A stretch of DNA of 64,000 nucleotides from Verrucomicrobia bacterium SCGC AAA164-E04 (GTDB lineage Bacteria; Verrucomicrobiota; Verrucomicrobiia; Limisphaerales; AAA164-E04). The stretch's first letter is position 1. Each line of letters opens with the position of its first letter. The position numbers and the translations under genes were made by a program. Shown in pieces: positions 18,587 to 27,441 of the stretch. Location: positions 14,801 to 78,800 of the forward strand of contig KB912045.1 in the NCBI GenBank assembly GCA_000383715.1, read 5' to 3'. The notes below the pieces were generated by a model. It did not search any database. It had not been told where the DNA came from and saw only the letters and a program-made list of their open reading frames with translations.

Positions 18587-19219
18587 ATGAACGACTGGAA
18601 TATTCAATCCAGGTCCCGACTATGTCACGGTTGTGACAATGGTTTTGAGGACCAGCAAATCTATCATAGCCTTCTATTTTCCCAAAAGGGAACTTATGAA
18701 AGGCAGGATGTTTGCAACACCTGCTGGAAAGGTCAATTTTCGGACACTTCGGGTGCTGCGAAAGGATTTATCTCTCATTGGCAGGGTCGCTATCAATCCC
18801 CTCCCCCACCTCCACCTGAAGCAATCCGCAAGGATACAGCAGAAACTCTTCTCAGAAAACTGAGTGAGAAAAAACTACCGCATTATGCCGGAGCGCTTTA
18901 TATCCTGGCCGTAATGCTGGAACGCAAGAGGGTTTTGAAAGTAAGGGGACAAGTCCGTGAGAAAGGGCAACGGATTTTCATATACGAGCAGGCAAAGACA
19001 GGCGATGTCTTTACCATTGCAGAACCTGATTTAAGCGTTGAGAAGCTAGGACGCATTCAGCATGATGTAGCTGAACTAATGGAGAACGGGCTTCCACATG
19101 AACTCGAATCTGAAAATGAAGATCCAGCAAGGCCGAAACAGGGAACAAACGCCTCCAATGCGCAAGTAATCAGCGGAGAAATCAATCAGGAAAAGGAGGA
19201 AACCCATGCAGAAGCCTGA
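18587..19219 (+). CDS. hypothetical protein with an N-terminal 4-Cys zinc-ribbon-like motif
   Basis: CHGC (res 13-16) and CNTC (res 43-46), a poly-Pro stretch SPPPPPPEA, and an acidic tail. Overlaps the rnc start by 14 nt. No family recognised. Confidence 0.5.
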   Translation: MNDWNIQSRSRLCHGCDNGFEDQQIYHSLLFSQKGTYERQDVCNTCWKGQFSDTSGAAKGFISHWQGRYQSPPPPPPEAIRKDTAETLLRKLSEKKLPHYAGALYILAVMLERKRVLKVRGQVREKGQRIFIYEQAKTGDVFTIAEPDLSVEKLGRIQHDVAELMENGLPHELESENEDPARPKQGTNASNAQVISGEINQEKEETHAEA

Positions 19220-19940
19220 TTTCGAAGCATTAATCCTCCGACTGGAATCCAGAATTCAGTATACCTTCAGAGACAAAAAACAAATTCAGCTGGCCCTTAC
19301 TCACCGATCTTTTTCCGGATTAGATGCCCGATCTCTTGATAATAACCAACGTTTGGAATTCCTCGGGGATGCGGTCCTTCAATTGATTATCACTCTTGAG
19401 CTGTATCAACGTTACTCTGAACACGATGAAGGACCTCTGACTAAAGCTCGAGCCCAACTTGTTAATCGACGCACATTGGCTAATTTAGGGAAAATTATTG
19501 ATCTTGGTTCTTGTCTGCTGATGAGTCGAGGAGAGGAGCTCAGCGGCGGCAGGGAAAGATCCAGTGCCCTGGCGGATGCATTTGAAGCCATGGTAGGGGC
19601 TGTTTTTATTGATGCTGGATACGAAGGGACAAAGGAATTTATTCTGAGATTTTTCAACGACCATTTGGGTGAACTTCAGATACTCCCCAACTTAGAAAAC
19701 CCGAAGGGTGAATTGCAGGAATACCTTCAGATACAATCCAACCAGCCTCCACATTATGAATTGTTGAATGTCAGTGGGCCTGACCATGACCGCTCTTTTG
19801 AATGTGCCGTACTGCATGGTGATAAGGAGCTTGGACGTGGCTGTGGTAAGAGCAAAAAAGAAGCGGAATTTCATGCAGCCGCCGAAGCTTTGGTCAATAT
19901 TAGGGAAAATATCAATTCTGATGATGCGTCTGAAAAATGA
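19206..19940 (+). CDS. rnc: ribonuclease III
   Basis: Signature NQRLEFLGDAVLQLII, ADAFEAMVGAVFID, and a C-terminal dsRBD (GPDHDRSFECAV...GKSKKEAEFHAAAEAL). Confidence 0.95.
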   Translation: MQKPDFEALILRLESRIQYTFRDKKQIQLALTHRSFSGLDARSLDNNQRLEFLGDAVLQLIITLELYQRYSEHDEGPLTKARAQLVNRRTLANLGKIIDLGSCLLMSRGEELSGGRERSSALADAFEAMVGAVFIDAGYEGTKEFILRFFNDHLGELQILPNLENPKGELQEYLQIQSNQPPHYELLNVSGPDHDRSFECAVLHGDKELGRGCGKSKKEAEFHAAAEALVNIRENINSDDASEK

Positions 19941-20351
19941 ATACCACCCTCTTCAGACTTCCATTGCTTACGACCGCAAAGCCACCATTGACGATGATTC
20001 TTTAATTGTGGACTTCATGCAAGCCATCGCCAGTTACGTGGGGATGGCAGATCGTATCACAGCAGCCGAAGACTTATAGTCACCATGTTTCTTTGGAAAC
20101 AAACCAGCAGCCAAAAGGTCCACAAGATACTTTGAGTCTCGTCTTGTATATGTAAATGTCATAATGAACTTCTTGTCACAACTTGCATTTGATCACCATT
20201 GTGTGCGACTTGAATGGGTGATTCTTGTTTGAAATGATAATAATGTTGCGTGTTATCGAAAAACAGAAGCAAAAACATAGGATGAATGGCAAGTCTGTCG
20301 CATGGAGCTTGAGGCCATCAGAAATTCTTAGTTCAAAGGACTTATAAGCAC

Positions 20352-21329
20352 ATGCTTCAATCAACCCCATATCCCGAAACTGCTTCAACACGCACTAAGT
20401 GGATCAGGGCCTTACGTGAGCCCACGAACCGACCGGGTGCGCAATCCACTCCAGCTACACTTGTGGAACAAGAAATGGGCCCCGAGGGTTGTTTACTGGA
20501 AACAGTAACCATTTTCTTGATCAATCGCGAGTGTCCCTGGACATGTGTCATGTGTGATTTATGGAAACATACGTCTCTAAAACCTATGTCACCCGGGCAT
20601 GCTCCAGTCCAACTTAGTTCTGCGCTCCGACAATTGGAAAGGGCTTCCAAACACCAACTAAGCCAGATCAAGATATACAACAGCGGTAGCTTTTTTGATA
20701 CAAAAGCCATCTACACTGCCGATTACATGCGGATTGCAAATTCTCTCTCAGGCTATGAACGAGTCATAGTTGAGAATCACCCTAAACTTTCAGGGAAGCA
20801 TATCTCGCTTTTCAAAGAACTACTGGATCCGCAGTTGGAAATCGCCATGGGATTGGAGGTTGCTGATGATTCTCTCTTGGATAAATTGAATAAGCGGTTT
20901 TCCCTTGAGGATTACATGACAGCCTGTGAGTTTCTCAACGCACAGCGTATTGCGCATCGCGCATTTATCATGATTCAGCCACCATTCACAAACCAGACAG
21001 AAGCTTTGAGCCTATGTCAACGGTCCGTTCGTTTTGCCTTTGAGCAGGGAGCCTCATGCGTCTCACTGATCCCCTCAAGGGCTACCACTGGAGCGATGCA
21101 TGCATTAAAAAATCAGGGGAACTTTGTCCAACCAACGATCCATACCGTGGAATCCTGTTTTTCACATGCCCTGCAAATGAACCGGGGTCGAGTCTTTGTT
21201 GATCTCTGGGACCTGGAAATGTTCAGAGAATGCAGGGTATGTTTTGAGCCCAGGCGCGCAAGATTGGAGCAGATGAATCAATTTCAAAAAATATTACCGG
21301 AAATCCAATGTCACACGTGCCACCCATGA
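20352..21329 (+). CDS. radical SAM protein (family not resolved)
   Basis: Cx3Cx2C cluster motif in NRECPWTCVMCDLW, downstream IYNSGSFFD (SAM-binding GGE-like block), and a TIM-barrel-sized body of 325 aa. Confidence 0.75.
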   Translation: MLQSTPYPETASTRTKWIRALREPTNRPGAQSTPATLVEQEMGPEGCLLETVTIFLINRECPWTCVMCDLWKHTSLKPMSPGHAPVQLSSALRQLERASKHQLSQIKIYNSGSFFDTKAIYTADYMRIANSLSGYERVIVENHPKLSGKHISLFKELLDPQLEIAMGLEVADDSLLDKLNKRFSLEDYMTACEFLNAQRIAHRAFIMIQPPFTNQTEALSLCQRSVRFAFEQGASCVSLIPSRATTGAMHALKNQGNFVQPTIHTVESCFSHALQMNRGRVFVDLWDLEMFRECRVCFEPRRARLEQMNQFQKILPEIQCHTCHP

Positions 21330-22903
21330 TACGAAAGCAACACTTTGATGTCGTTGTTCTTGGCTCTGGTTTTGCCGGTGCGCTTACAGCGATGATCGCC
21401 CGTAAGCACGGTTGCAGTGTATTGCTTGTTGAAAAAGGTCAGCACCCAAGAATGACTATCGGGGAATCCACTACCCCACTGACAAATCTTTTGCTTGAGG
21501 AAATAGCAAAAGCTCATGACTTGCCATTTCTTCTGAATTTCACGCAATATGGTAAATGGAAAAAGGTACATCCTGACTTAAAGGTGGGATTAAAGCGGGG
21601 ATTCAGTTTTTACAACCGTCAATCAAAAGGGAAATCCTCCGACCTCACGAAATGGGATGATGAACTGTTAGTTGCAGCGAGTCCCAATAACTTTGTCGCA
21701 GACACACAATGGTGGCGTGCCGATTGGGACCTTTTTCTTGTTGATCAATGTAAAAAAATGGGCGTGGAGTATTCGGATCTCACGGATATCTCTGACTTGA
21801 GGGAAGAAGACGATGGCGTTTTACTTTGGATTAAAACTGAGCAAAGCCAGCAACGAGTTAAGGCAGGGTTGCTCATCGATGCCTGTGGAGGGCGAGCCGG
21901 CATTGGCCAGCTTCTCAGTATAAGAAAAAAACCTCTCCATTCCACGCCTGAGACGTTTGCCGTTCATGGGCACTTCAGCGAGGTAGCAACAATGCACTCC
22001 TCAAATAGTCAATTGGGGACTGAACCGTTGCCATACCACCCAGAAGACTCAGCTATTCACCATATCATTGACGGTGGGTGGGTTTGGTCTTTGAGGTTTG
22101 ATCATGGTCAGGTAAGTGCGGGAGCTGTCTTAAGAGAAAAAAATTATCGATCGATCCAAGATCAATCACCCGAATCCATCTGGTCGAGCGTTGTTAATAA
22201 GCATGATGAACTTAAGCGATTATTCCAAAAGGCAGTTCCGCTATACCCTTTGCGCAAAATAAAACGTGTAGGTTTCGAAATGGAGCGAACATCCGGAAAC
22301 CGATGGATCATGCTTTCCTCTTCAGCTGGATTCATTGATCCGCTTCTTTCGACAGGATTCCCCCTGACACTTCAAACCATTCAAAGATTAGCTTCTTGCC
22401 TCTCACCTCAATCACTGAGGCAACCCGGTCCTCTCGCGGCCTTGAGTTCTCTGGCAAAGGCGGCGAAAGCTGATCTCAGAATGGTTGACCAGTTGATCGG
22501 AACTTTATATGCCACCATGAGTGATTTCCGTCATTTTGCAGCCACCTCTCTGGTCTATTTCGCAGCTGTCAGTTTCACTGAAGCAGCCCGCCGGCTCGGC
22601 AAGAAAAAATTGGCTCCTGGATTTCTTTTCAGTGAAGATCCAACCTTGTCATTACCGATTCTTTCCACATTCGAAAACATCAAGCGCATCCATCAAAGTG
22701 AGAAGACAGCGGAGGAAAGATGGAAGGATCTTCAGTCTTGTGTTGATGCGGCAATAACTGAGTTCAATGTGATCGGGGTATCCACTAAGAAAAAAATTCC
22801 ATATTTCCGAGCAGAAACAGCCCCCTTATTTGAGCATGCCCACAAATTAGAATCTACTACTGCGGAAATCCAAAATATGCTTGTCCGCGCGGGTTTAGCC
22901 TGA
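21308..22903 (+). CDS. FAD-dependent oxidoreductase, flavin-dependent-halogenase-like
   Basis: FDVVVLGSGFAGALTAMIARKHGCSVLLVEK (GxGxxG + E), IGESTTP, GGWVWSLRF (compare the WxWxIP halogenase block), GFIDPLLSTGF. Overlaps the radical SAM gene by 22 nt. Confidence 0.7.
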   Translation: MSHVPPMIRKQHFDVVVLGSGFAGALTAMIARKHGCSVLLVEKGQHPRMTIGESTTPLTNLLLEEIAKAHDLPFLLNFTQYGKWKKVHPDLKVGLKRGFSFYNRQSKGKSSDLTKWDDELLVAASPNNFVADTQWWRADWDLFLVDQCKKMGVEYSDLTDISDLREEDDGVLLWIKTEQSQQRVKAGLLIDACGGRAGIGQLLSIRKKPLHSTPETFAVHGHFSEVATMHSSNSQLGTEPLPYHPEDSAIHHIIDGGWVWSLRFDHGQVSAGAVLREKNYRSIQDQSPESIWSSVVNKHDELKRLFQKAVPLYPLRKIKRVGFEMERTSGNRWIMLSSSAGFIDPLLSTGFPLTLQTIQRLASCLSPQSLRQPGPLAALSSLAKAAKADLRMVDQLIGTLYATMSDFRHFAATSLVYFAAVSFTEAARRLGKKKLAPGFLFSEDPTLSLPILSTFENIKRIHQSEKTAEERWKDLQSCVDAAITEFNVIGVSTKKKIPYFRAETAPLFEHAHKLESTTAEIQNMLVRAGLA

Positions 22904-22998
22904 AAACCTTTGCTTCAGTAGGAGAGTTTGGCGATTGCCGTCGCATGCGACAAATGACACATCTGCTCCAAAGCGAAGTTGAAGTAGCCGATGCCTAG

Positions 22999-24438
22999 AT
23001 GTATCTTTCAATCATGACCTTCAGCAAATGGCTTTTTGTTTATTTTTCTCTCTTGTCAGGACTTTCACAGTTCGTGCATGGAGCGGACACAAAAATTCAA
23101 TCCATTCAAAAGGAGAAAATCTACATTATCCCGATCAGGGAGGATATCATGCCGCCCCTCACCTATCTTGTTCGCCGGGGTGTAAAGGAGGCCATTGCTT
23201 CAAAAGCCGACTGCCTCATACTGGACATGGACACCAATGGAGGTCGAGTCGATGTAACGCAGGAAATTATCCAAATCATCACCAAATTCAAAGGTCGTAA
23301 GGTAACTTATATCAACACCAAGGCTTTTTCGGCGGGAGCTTTTATATCAGTCGCTACAAATGAAATCTATATGTCGCCTGTCAGCGTGATAGGTGCAGCA
23401 GCACCCATCATGGTAAGCCCTGGAGGTGGAGCCAGTGAAATGCCCAACACCATGGAAGTCAAAATGACTTCTGGGATTTCAGCGCTTATCCGTGCAACCG
23501 CGGAAGAGAACGGACACGACCCTGCCGTGGTGGAAGCTATGATCGACAAATCCAAAGAACTTAAGAAGGGAGACAAGGTCTTGTCTGAAAAAGGTCAGAT
23601 TTTGACTCTGACAAATAAGGAAGCGGAAATCACCTATGGCGACCCTCCAAAAAAGTTAATGAGCTATGGAACGGTGAACTCTCAAGCCGAACTTATCGAA
23701 GTATTGGGTTATGCAAACCCTGAAGTGATCAGGATCACACCCACTGGAGCTGAAAAAGCAGGGACATGGATTAATAAAATCAGTGCGATCCTGCTCATCG
23801 CAGGAATCCTTGGTGTTTACCTTGAGTTCAAAACTCCAGGCTTCGGACTCCCCGGGATTTTAGGGCTGGCTGCATTCGCCGTTTACTTTCTTGGTGGTTA
23901 CATTGCTGGTTTATCAGGACTCGAGTGGGCTGCATTTTTTGTTATCGGGCTTTTTCTCTTGATAGTGGAGTTATTTCTCCTTCCCGGCCTTTTTGTAGTC
24001 GGGCTTTCGGGTATCCTGCTCATGCTTTGGTCTGTTTTGATGGGTTTGGTGGATATGGACCCAAGCTTACCCGTATGGCAAATGCCGTCCTATGGTCAGT
24101 TCAAATATCCGTTGCAGGTCTTGTTGACCGCTATATCCGGATCGACGTTACTGATGATTTTATTAAGTTCAGTCCTCCCCAAAACTCAACTTTTTCATCA
24201 ACTGATTTCAAAGGCAACAAGTGGCGATCAAGGTATCTTGAGCAGAGAAAAGAAAGAAAAGGACTTATTAGGTTTAACAGGAGTCGCTTTGTCGCCACTC
24301 GGGCCAGGGGGGAAAGCGCGTTTCGGAGATACAATTATCGACGTCGTTACAAATGGAAACATGGTTGCAACTGGAGCAAAAGTTCGAGTGATTGGATTTT
24401 CCACCTCGGACGCTGTTGTGGAAGAAATCAATTATTAA
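22999..24438 (+). CDS. NfeD-family membrane-bound ClpP-class serine protease
   Basis: ILDMDTNGGRVD, KAFSAGAFISVATNEIYMSP, a central multi-TM block, and a C-terminal NfeD OB-fold (GLTGVALSPLGPGGKARFGDTIIDVVTNGNMVATGAKVRVIG). The start may be MTFSKW at 23014. Confidence 0.85.
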   Translation: MYLSIMTFSKWLFVYFSLLSGLSQFVHGADTKIQSIQKEKIYIIPIREDIMPPLTYLVRRGVKEAIASKADCLILDMDTNGGRVDVTQEIIQIITKFKGRKVTYINTKAFSAGAFISVATNEIYMSPVSVIGAAAPIMVSPGGGASEMPNTMEVKMTSGISALIRATAEENGHDPAVVEAMIDKSKELKKGDKVLSEKGQILTLTNKEAEITYGDPPKKLMSYGTVNSQAELIEVLGYANPEVIRITPTGAEKAGTWINKISAILLIAGILGVYLEFKTPGFGLPGILGLAAFAVYFLGGYIAGLSGLEWAAFFVIGLFLLIVELFLLPGLFVVGLSGILLMLWSVLMGLVDMDPSLPVWQMPSYGQFKYPLQVLLTAISGSTLLMILLSSVLPKTQLFHQLISKATSGDQGILSREKKEKDLLGLTGVALSPLGPGGKARFGDTIIDVVTNGNMVATGAKVRVIGFSTSDAVVEEINY

Positions 24439-24439
24439 A

Positions 24440-24969
24440 GCCCCTTTAGGGTTTGAGAAATTCTTCAGATTGCCCATTGCAAGCTTCACAAAGATGGGAT
24501 TAATATTCTCCGTAGCCATTATTGATATACCCTTCAGTTTTGTTACGTAGGGCTTGGAGGCGAGATGAATGTTTTGGTTTAGGAGTGATGTTTTGGTTTA
24601 GGAGTGGTTAAGTATTGACCGCTTAAACGGATCTTCTCCGGCTTTTTTTAACATTGTGAATAACTCGTTAATAAGTGTGAATATCTTATTCTCGATGAAA
24701 AAGGCCAAGTGTCGCTAATCTCATCTTACGTTTAAGCGAGCGAGCGAGCCAAGGCATCTGCCCTATGATTAACATAGCAGATAAACCGCTAATTATAAAG
24801 GTTTTACATTTATTTTTAACATATCATTCATAACGCAAAAAAATACGGTAAAATAAGAACGCTTGTCACTAAATCACGGTTTGATAACGATTTCGAAGTG
24901 CTTGAACTGACTATAACCACACAGTGAATAAATTTAAAAAACGACGTATTTTCGGAAAAATAAGCTATT
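24440..24969. other. candidate chromosomal replication origin (oriC) / dnaA control region
   Basis: 530 bp non-coding directly upstream of dnaA. DnaA-box-like 9-mers: TGTGAATAA (24655-24663, 1 mismatch to TGTGGATAA), TGTGAATAT (24676-24684), ATAACCACA (24913-24921), AGTGAATAA (24923-24931). An AT-rich block at 24781-24860 has about 18 G/C in 80 nt by my count. Confidence 0.5.
24569..24606. repeat. perfect tandem duplication, 2 x 19 bp (ATGTTTTGGTTTAGGAGTG)
   Basis: Read directly: copy 1 is 24569-24587 and copy 2 is 24588-24606, identical and head-to-tail, inside the candidate oriC. Confidence 0.95.
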
Positions 24970-26355
24970 ATGCGTAACGCTGCGGAAATCATATGGAACA
25001 GGGCTGTTAAAAAGCTCAAATCCATGCTGAACGATGAGGTTTACAAACTTTGGTTTGCTCCTATTGTTCCTCTACAGATTGAAAACAACGTGTTGATACT
25101 GCAAGTCGCGAATGATTTCTGTGAGGTTTGGCTTAAAGATAACTACCACCAGCTTTTGGAAGAAGTAGTCAGCGGTTCCTCGGATGAAAGGCTGGGGATC
25201 GCTTATAAAGTTGGATCCGCAAAAGCGTCTTCAGTTAAGACAGACACCAAGACTTCCGCACCGAAAGCCTCGATATCTGAAAAATCACAATCTCTAGGCG
25301 AGTCCTTGAAACCGGAAAACAAAAGTGTTCCGGCTAGGAATGGTTTCAATCCGTTATACACCTTTGATTCCTTCGTGATCGGGGGAAACAACAGAATGGC
25401 GCACAGTGCTTCCCTTGCGGTTGCACAATCACCGGGAAAATCTTATAACCCTCTGTTTCTCTATGGCGGCGTTGGACTTGGGAAAACGCACCTTTTACAC
25501 GCCATAGGTCACCACGTCTTATCAAAAAAACCCAACGCACGCGTGGCTTACCTTTCATGCGAAAAATTCACAAATGAATTCATCGACGGTATTCAAAATA
25601 ATCAGTTGGTGAAATTTCGTAAGCGTTACCGTCTGACCGATGTTCTATTGATCGATGACATCCAGTTTCTTTCAGGCAAAGAAAGGATTCAGGAGGAGTT
25701 TTTTCATACCTTCAATGCCTTACACGAAGCTCACAAACAAATCGTTTTGAGCTGTGATCGACCAGCCTGTGAAATCGATGGGCTCGAACAACGCCTGAGT
25801 TCCAGGTTCGAATGGGGGCTATCAGCGGATCTTCAGGCACCTGACGTTGAAACCAGGCTTGCGATTCTTCTTAAGAAGAAAAAATCCTTGGATGTGGATC
25901 TACCTCGTGATGTGGTTGAATTTATTGCCAACAACATCAGGGCAAATATACGGCGACTTGAAGGGGCTTTACTCAGGGTAGCAGCCTTTGCTTCCTTGAC
26001 GAAACAGGAATTGACCGTTGAGCTTGCCGAGCAATTGTTGCGAGATGCCCTACAAGAGGAAGGACGAGCAACCGTCAATATTGACGATATTCAAAAGAAA
26101 GTAGCGGAACATTACGATATCCGTTTAGCAGACATGACCAGTCGTCGAAGACCCGAATACATTGCTTTCCCTAGACAGATTGCCATGTATTTGTCCCGCC
26201 AACTGACCGAAAGCTCTTTAAATGTCATTGGAACGGCCTTTGGTGGTCGCGATCATGGCACCGTTATGCATGCCTGCCGGCTAGTTAAGGACAGAATGGA
26301 GATGGATGCAAGTGTAAGACAGGCAGTAACATACTTAGAACGCCATCTACGCTAA
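24970..26355 (+). CDS. dnaA: chromosomal replication initiator protein DnaA
   Basis: 461 aa. Walker A YGGVGLGKTHLLHAIG, LLIDDIQFLSGKERIQEEFFHTFN, sensor/box VII SCDRPA, and a C-terminal DNA-binding domain IAFPRQIAMYLSRQLT...IGTAFGGRDHGTVMHACR. Confidence 0.97.
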   Translation: MRNAAEIIWNRAVKKLKSMLNDEVYKLWFAPIVPLQIENNVLILQVANDFCEVWLKDNYHQLLEEVVSGSSDERLGIAYKVGSAKASSVKTDTKTSAPKASISEKSQSLGESLKPENKSVPARNGFNPLYTFDSFVIGGNNRMAHSASLAVAQSPGKSYNPLFLYGGVGLGKTHLLHAIGHHVLSKKPNARVAYLSCEKFTNEFIDGIQNNQLVKFRKRYRLTDVLLIDDIQFLSGKERIQEEFFHTFNALHEAHKQIVLSCDRPACEIDGLEQRLSSRFEWGLSADLQAPDVETRLAILLKKKKSLDVDLPRDVVEFIANNIRANIRRLEGALLRVAAFASLTKQELTVELAEQLLRDALQEEGRATVNIDDIQKKVAEHYDIRLADMTSRRRPEYIAFPRQIAMYLSRQLTESSLNVIGTAFGGRDHGTVMHACRLVKDRMEMDASVRQAVTYLERHLR

Positions 26356-26451
26356 TCTATCACGTTCTCTCTCAAGAATTACTGACCACATGCAGGTAAG
26401 GCGACTCTTGTGAACCCGCCTCCCAAATTTGTGTAAACGGATTAGGTAGCC

Positions 26452-27435
26452 ATGATTAAAGTACGTGAGCTCTCCAAAGCATATCAAACTTACAAAAAAG
26501 AATCAGGATTCTGGGGTTCGATCAAAGGACTCATTCACCGCAAATATGAAACGACAGAAGCGGTTCGTAAAATTTCTTTTGATATTGAAGAAGGAGAATT
26601 AGTCGGCTTCATGGGCCCGAATGGTGCAGGAAAAACGACTACACTCAAGATGCTTTCGGGGCTTCTCTATCCATCCTCTGGGTCAGTCAATGTCTTGGGC
26701 TACAAACCTTGCGAGAGACAAGATGCTTATCGGAGACAGTTCGCACTTTTGTTAGGTCAGAAAAATCAACTTTGGTGGGACCTGCCAGCAAGGGAGTCCT
26801 TTGCTTTAAATGCAAAAATTTACGGAATTGCTGATTCACAGCGGCAAAAAACAGTCAACGAAATGTCTGAAATGCTGCAAGTCGCCGATAAGTTGGATAT
26901 CATGGTTCGTGAATTATCCCTCGGCGAGCGAATGAAAATGGAATTGATTGCATCGCTGATCCACCAGCCCAAGATTTTATTTTTAGATGAACCTACCATC
27001 GGTCTTGATATCGTCTCACAAAAAACGGTCCGTGATTTTCTTAAAGATCTCAATAAAACAAAGAAAACAACGATCATACTGACAAGCCATTACATGGCTG
27101 ATATTCAGGAATTGTGCAAACGAGTCCTCATCATAGATCATGGAAAATTGTTCTACGACGGAGAACTGCAAGGGATCCTCGATCAGTTTGCTGATGAAAA
27201 GCGTATCAATGTTCTCTTTGAAGATCCATCCATGCCCCTCCCAGAAAAGTGTAAGTCCATTGGATTAGTCGAAAGCTTTGCTGATGGGAAATTGCAGATT
27301 AGAGTCAAGAGGAAAGCTGTTATTCAAGCTTCCAAAGATTTATTGGACATGCTTCCTGTTGCCGATTTGAACATCGAAGAAGTTCCCATCGAGGAAATCA
27401 TCCGCCAAATCTATGCAGAAAGTAATTCCGTATAA
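26452..27435 (+). CDS. ABC transporter ATP-binding protein (ABC-2 exporter-type ATPase with C-terminal extension)
   Basis: Walker A GPNGAGKTTTLK, signature LSLGERMK, Walker B ILFLDEPTIGLD, H-loop SHYM. No permease gene adjacent. Confidence 0.9.
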   Translation: MIKVRELSKAYQTYKKESGFWGSIKGLIHRKYETTEAVRKISFDIEEGELVGFMGPNGAGKTTTLKMLSGLLYPSSGSVNVLGYKPCERQDAYRRQFALLLGQKNQLWWDLPARESFALNAKIYGIADSQRQKTVNEMSEMLQVADKLDIMVRELSLGERMKMELIASLIHQPKILFLDEPTIGLDIVSQKTVRDFLKDLNKTKKTTIILTSHYMADIQELCKRVLIIDHGKLFYDGELQGILDQFADEKRINVLFEDPSMPLPEKCKSIGLVESFADGKLQIRVKRKAVIQASKDLLDMLPVADLNIEEVPIEEIIRQIYAESNSV

Positions 27436-27441
27436 TATAAG

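Noticed and set aside
22940-22951. Perfect 12-bp palindrome GTCGCATGCGAC between the flavoenzyme gene and nfeD
   Set aside because: Too short, and with no loop or T-tract to call a terminator. A single occurrence, so no basis for calling it a binding site.
22999-24438. NfeD protease without an adjacent SPFH/stomatin partner as an anomaly
   Set aside because: Unlinked arrangements are known. The downstream side is the oriC region, so absence of the partner here is weak evidence of anything unusual.
24735-24749. (AGCG)3-4 microsatellite in the dnaA upstream region
   Set aside because: Only about 3.5 units. Noted within the oriC finding but not enough to propose phase variation.
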